Assembly (NCBI GenBank): GCA_051439505.1
Contig: JBFRWI010000180.1
Coordinates: 1 to 61,079 of the forward strand
From: Hormoscilla sp.
GTDB taxonomy: Bacteria > Cyanobacteriota > Cyanobacteriia > Cyanobacteriales > Desertifilaceae
DNA: 61,079 bases
Direction: 5' to 3'
Shown: in pieces, positions 58,970-61,079 of the stretch
Numbering within the stretch: position 1 is the first letter of the stretch
How the letters are laid out: the number at the start of each line of letters is the position of its first letter
Program-made: the position numbers and the translations under genes
The notes under the pieces: model-generated
What the model was told of the DNA's origin: nothing
The model's database searches: none
What the model saw: only the letters and a program-made list of their open reading frames with translations

Positions 58970-59747
58970 GTTGATGAAAATAGCGCGTGAGAGTTGAACC
59001 GTAGATCCTGTTGATATTTTCTGAAGAAAGAGTATTACTCGGTACGCCTTGACATAGCAGACTGCGATTCATACATAAAACCCGATCGCAGTAACTACTG
59101 ACCATGTCTAAATCATGAGAAACTTGGAGAATAGTCCAAGCTTGTTCTCGTTGCAGCTTGGCCAGTAACTCGGCAAATTCAGCTTCACCCGTGGCATCTA
59201 CACCTGCCATCGCTTCATCTAAGACTAAAAGGCGGCGAGGAACGACCAAACAATAGGCTAACAGCACTCGTTTGAGTTCCCCGCCACTGAGAACGCCAAT
59301 GCGCTGATGGGTCCTGTTTTGCAGATTAACTTGTTCTAAGGCATATTCTACAGCTTCGCGCTTTCTTTTAGCGTATTTGCCAAATCCCAGAAATCCGCTC
59401 TGATGATGATATCCTAAACCCACTAACTCTGCTACGGACAGGGGAAAGCTGCGATCGAAGGGCCATTTCTGGGGAATATAGCCAATCCTATGCCAAAGTT
59501 GACCCAATTTTTCGATCTGATGTCCAAATATTTGCATCACTCCAGCTTGATGCTCTATCAAACCTAAAATAGCCTGAATCAGGGTGCTTTTGCCCGCGCC
59601 ATTGGGACCGACGATCGCCGTATTTGTACCAGATAATAATTGGAATGAAACAGATTCTACTGCCGCATATTCACCCCGATATATTGTCAGGTTATCAACT
59701 TTTACTATCGGTATTTCTCCAGGAAACAAAGAATTGCTCACCGACAT
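58938..59747 (-). CDS. znuC: Zn/Mn ABC transporter ATPase
   Basis: GPNGAGKST, LSGGE, LVLDE and VSHDL. Confidence 0.85.
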   Translation of the reverse strand: MSVSNSLFPGEIPIVKVDNLTIYRGEYAAVESVSFQLLSGTNTAIVGPNGAGKSTLIQAILGLIEHQAGVMQIFGHQIEKLGQLWHRIGYIPQKWPFDRSFPLSVAELVGLGYHHQSGFLGFGKYAKRKREAVEYALEQVNLQNRTHQRIGVLSGGELKRVLLAYCLVVPRRLLVLDEAMAGVDATGEAEFAELLAKLQREQAWTILQVSHDLDMVSSYCDRVLCMNRSLLCQGVPSNTLSSENINRIYGSTLTRYFHQHESLRVGKSI

Positions 59748-60820
59748 ACTGTCTCCAAAGTTTGCAAGTTTTGCTCCATGGCACGAAAGTAATGTTGCGG
59801 GTCAGCAGGTCCGGACTCTATGGGGTCTAAAATTTTGACGGGCACCCCCAGATGTTTGGCGATCTGCTGGAGTCGGCGATCGTCAAGACTCTCGGAAAGT
59901 AAGGCTTTAACTTGAAATTCCTGCGCTGCTGCTATGACTCGCTGCAAATCTCTAGGGGTGAGATTGTCTTCTGGCAATTCTACTATTGCTATTTGTTGCA
60001 ACCCGTAGCGTTTGGCCAGGTAAGGGTATGCATCGTGGAAGGTGATGAAGGTGCAACCGCGTAGTTCCGCGCGATCGAATTGGCGATCGAGCTTTTGAAG
60101 TTGTCGAATATAAGCTTTTGCATTATCCCGATAGGTTTGAGCATTGATAGGATCTGCTGCAATTAAACCATCCCGAATGTTTGTCACTTGCTGTTGTGCT
60201 AATACCGGATCTAGCCAAACATGAGGGTTTCCCTCTGCGTGAACGTGACCGTGGTGGTGGTCATCATGGTGGTCATCATGGTGGCCATGGTGGTCATCAT
60301 GGTGGTCATCATGGTGGTGGTCATCATGGTCATCATCATGGTCGTCGTCGTCTTTGAGTGCTTCTATCCCCGTGCTGGCATCAACTTCCTTCAGCCTCCG
60401 GTTACCAGCATTTTCTACCAACCCTTCCAGGAATTCTTCCATACCCAAGCCATTCATCACCAGCACATCAGCTTGAGCAACGGTGCGGACATTCCCTGGC
60501 GTCGCCTGGTAATCGTGAACCTCTACTCCCGGTGGGATTAAAATCTCTACTCGCGCTTCCTCACCGGCTACCGCCCGGGTAAACATATATATGGGCAGGA
60601 ACGTGGCTACTATTTTGGGAGCGCCACTCTGGGCCCTGGACGCGACATTAGTCAAGGAAATATTTACCAAGGAAATGCCGGCCATAAATGCCAGCAAGGC
60701 GAACGTGGTCCCTGAGCGAAGCCGAAGGGAGGACCGGCGCTGCCAAGACTTGGAAGGGTTGGCAAGCTTCTTGAGCAGGGTTTTTACCATTGACAAATTT
60801 TTCATTATATGATAATCCAT
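59738..60820 (-). CDS. znuA: Zn ABC transporter substrate-binding protein with a His/Asp-rich loop
   Basis: EVHDY, NG.GME, (DDHH)n loop, NPHVWLDP and FHDAY. The start is uncertain (60820, 60805 or 60790). Confidence 0.85.
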   Translation of the reverse strand: MDYHIMKNLSMVKTLLKKLANPSKSWQRRSSLRLRSGTTFALLAFMAGISLVNISLTNVASRAQSGAPKIVATFLPIYMFTRAVAGEEARVEILIPPGVEVHDYQATPGNVRTVAQADVLVMNGLGMEEFLEGLVENAGNRRLKEVDASTGIEALKDDDDHDDDHDDHHHDDHHDDHHGHHDDHHDDHHHGHVHAEGNPHVWLDPVLAQQQVTNIRDGLIAADPINAQTYRDNAKAYIRQLQKLDRQFDRAELRGCTFITFHDAYPYLAKRYGLQQIAIVELPEDNLTPRDLQRVIAAAQEFQVKALLSESLDDRRLQQIAKHLGVPVKILDPIESGPADPQHYFRAMEQNLQTLETVCR

Positions 60821-60882
60821 CTTGTTCTTTGCTAGGAGCGATCGCGTCCGCCTTGGGGTGAGGGACCGATAACTCATGAGAA

Positions 60883-60897
60883 TAAGAATGATTATCA
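60883..60897 (-). promoter_or_regulatory. Zur/Fur-type 7-1-7 box upstream of znuA
   Basis: TGATAATCATTCTTA versus the consensus TGATAATnATTATCA (2 mismatches). Confidence 0.65.
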
Positions 60898-60952
60898 TTT
60901 TACAGAGAACGGGAAAACAAGGCAATAGATTCTCAATTTTGCCGCTCTCTGG

Positions 60953-61079
60953 GGGTGTGGTCAAAACCCGTTGATCGTTCATGGTACCCCCCAGTCGCCG
61001 GATCCCCCCAAACCCCCCTTAAAAAGGGGGGCTTGCCTTCGCCCCCCCTTTTGGGAAGGGGGGGTTTGGGGGGGATCCT
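60953..61079. mobile_element. MITE of the GGGTGTGGTCAAAACC family, cut by the window end
   Basis: Same TIR as 12577 and 43514, with the same poly-C/G internal palindrome as the 43514 copy. Confidence 0.75.

Noticed and set aside
60821..60982. Long N-terminal extension of znuA
   Set aside because: It runs through the Zur-like box and a MITE end, so a downstream ATG is more plausible.

Overview
A 61-kb chromosomal window from a cyanobacterium. The evidence is very frequent HIP1 GCGATCGC octamers, hormogonium-polysaccharide genes, XisH/XisI, DUF4347 proteins and heptamer/REP-like repeats; a filamentous, probably marine Oscillatoriales lineage is inferred. From left to right it holds: (1) an atypical mycosporine-like amino acid (MAA) cluster with a divergent mysA, an antisense glycosyltransferase-like/methyltransferase fusion, mysB, mysC, a Na+/solute symporter, mysD, and relics of a second symporter and a TauD-like oxygenase; (2) housekeeping and signalling genes (rnz, SpoIID, aspartate aminotransferase, MCP, PAS kinase, acylphosphatase, creatininase family); (3) an accessory patch with an animal-SCP/coelenterazine-binding-protein-like EF-hand gene converging on an orphan HEARO/omega-type RNA that has its own promoter and terminator but no iscB; (4) two DUF4347 beta-helix proteins and a tnpA-less IS607 element with an intact tnpB; (5) cobU, polysaccharide genes, a MntA/HepT pair and a TPR-CHAT protease locus resembling CATRA-type conflict systems, interrupted by xisH-xisI; (6) folP, tpiA, dnaN, probable oriC, dnaA, an HtrA protease, def, two terD genes, PAP2 and a Zn ABC transporter with a Zur-like box. 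At least four MITE families with target-site duplications occur, one nested in another. All calls come from motif recognition by eye; no searches were run.
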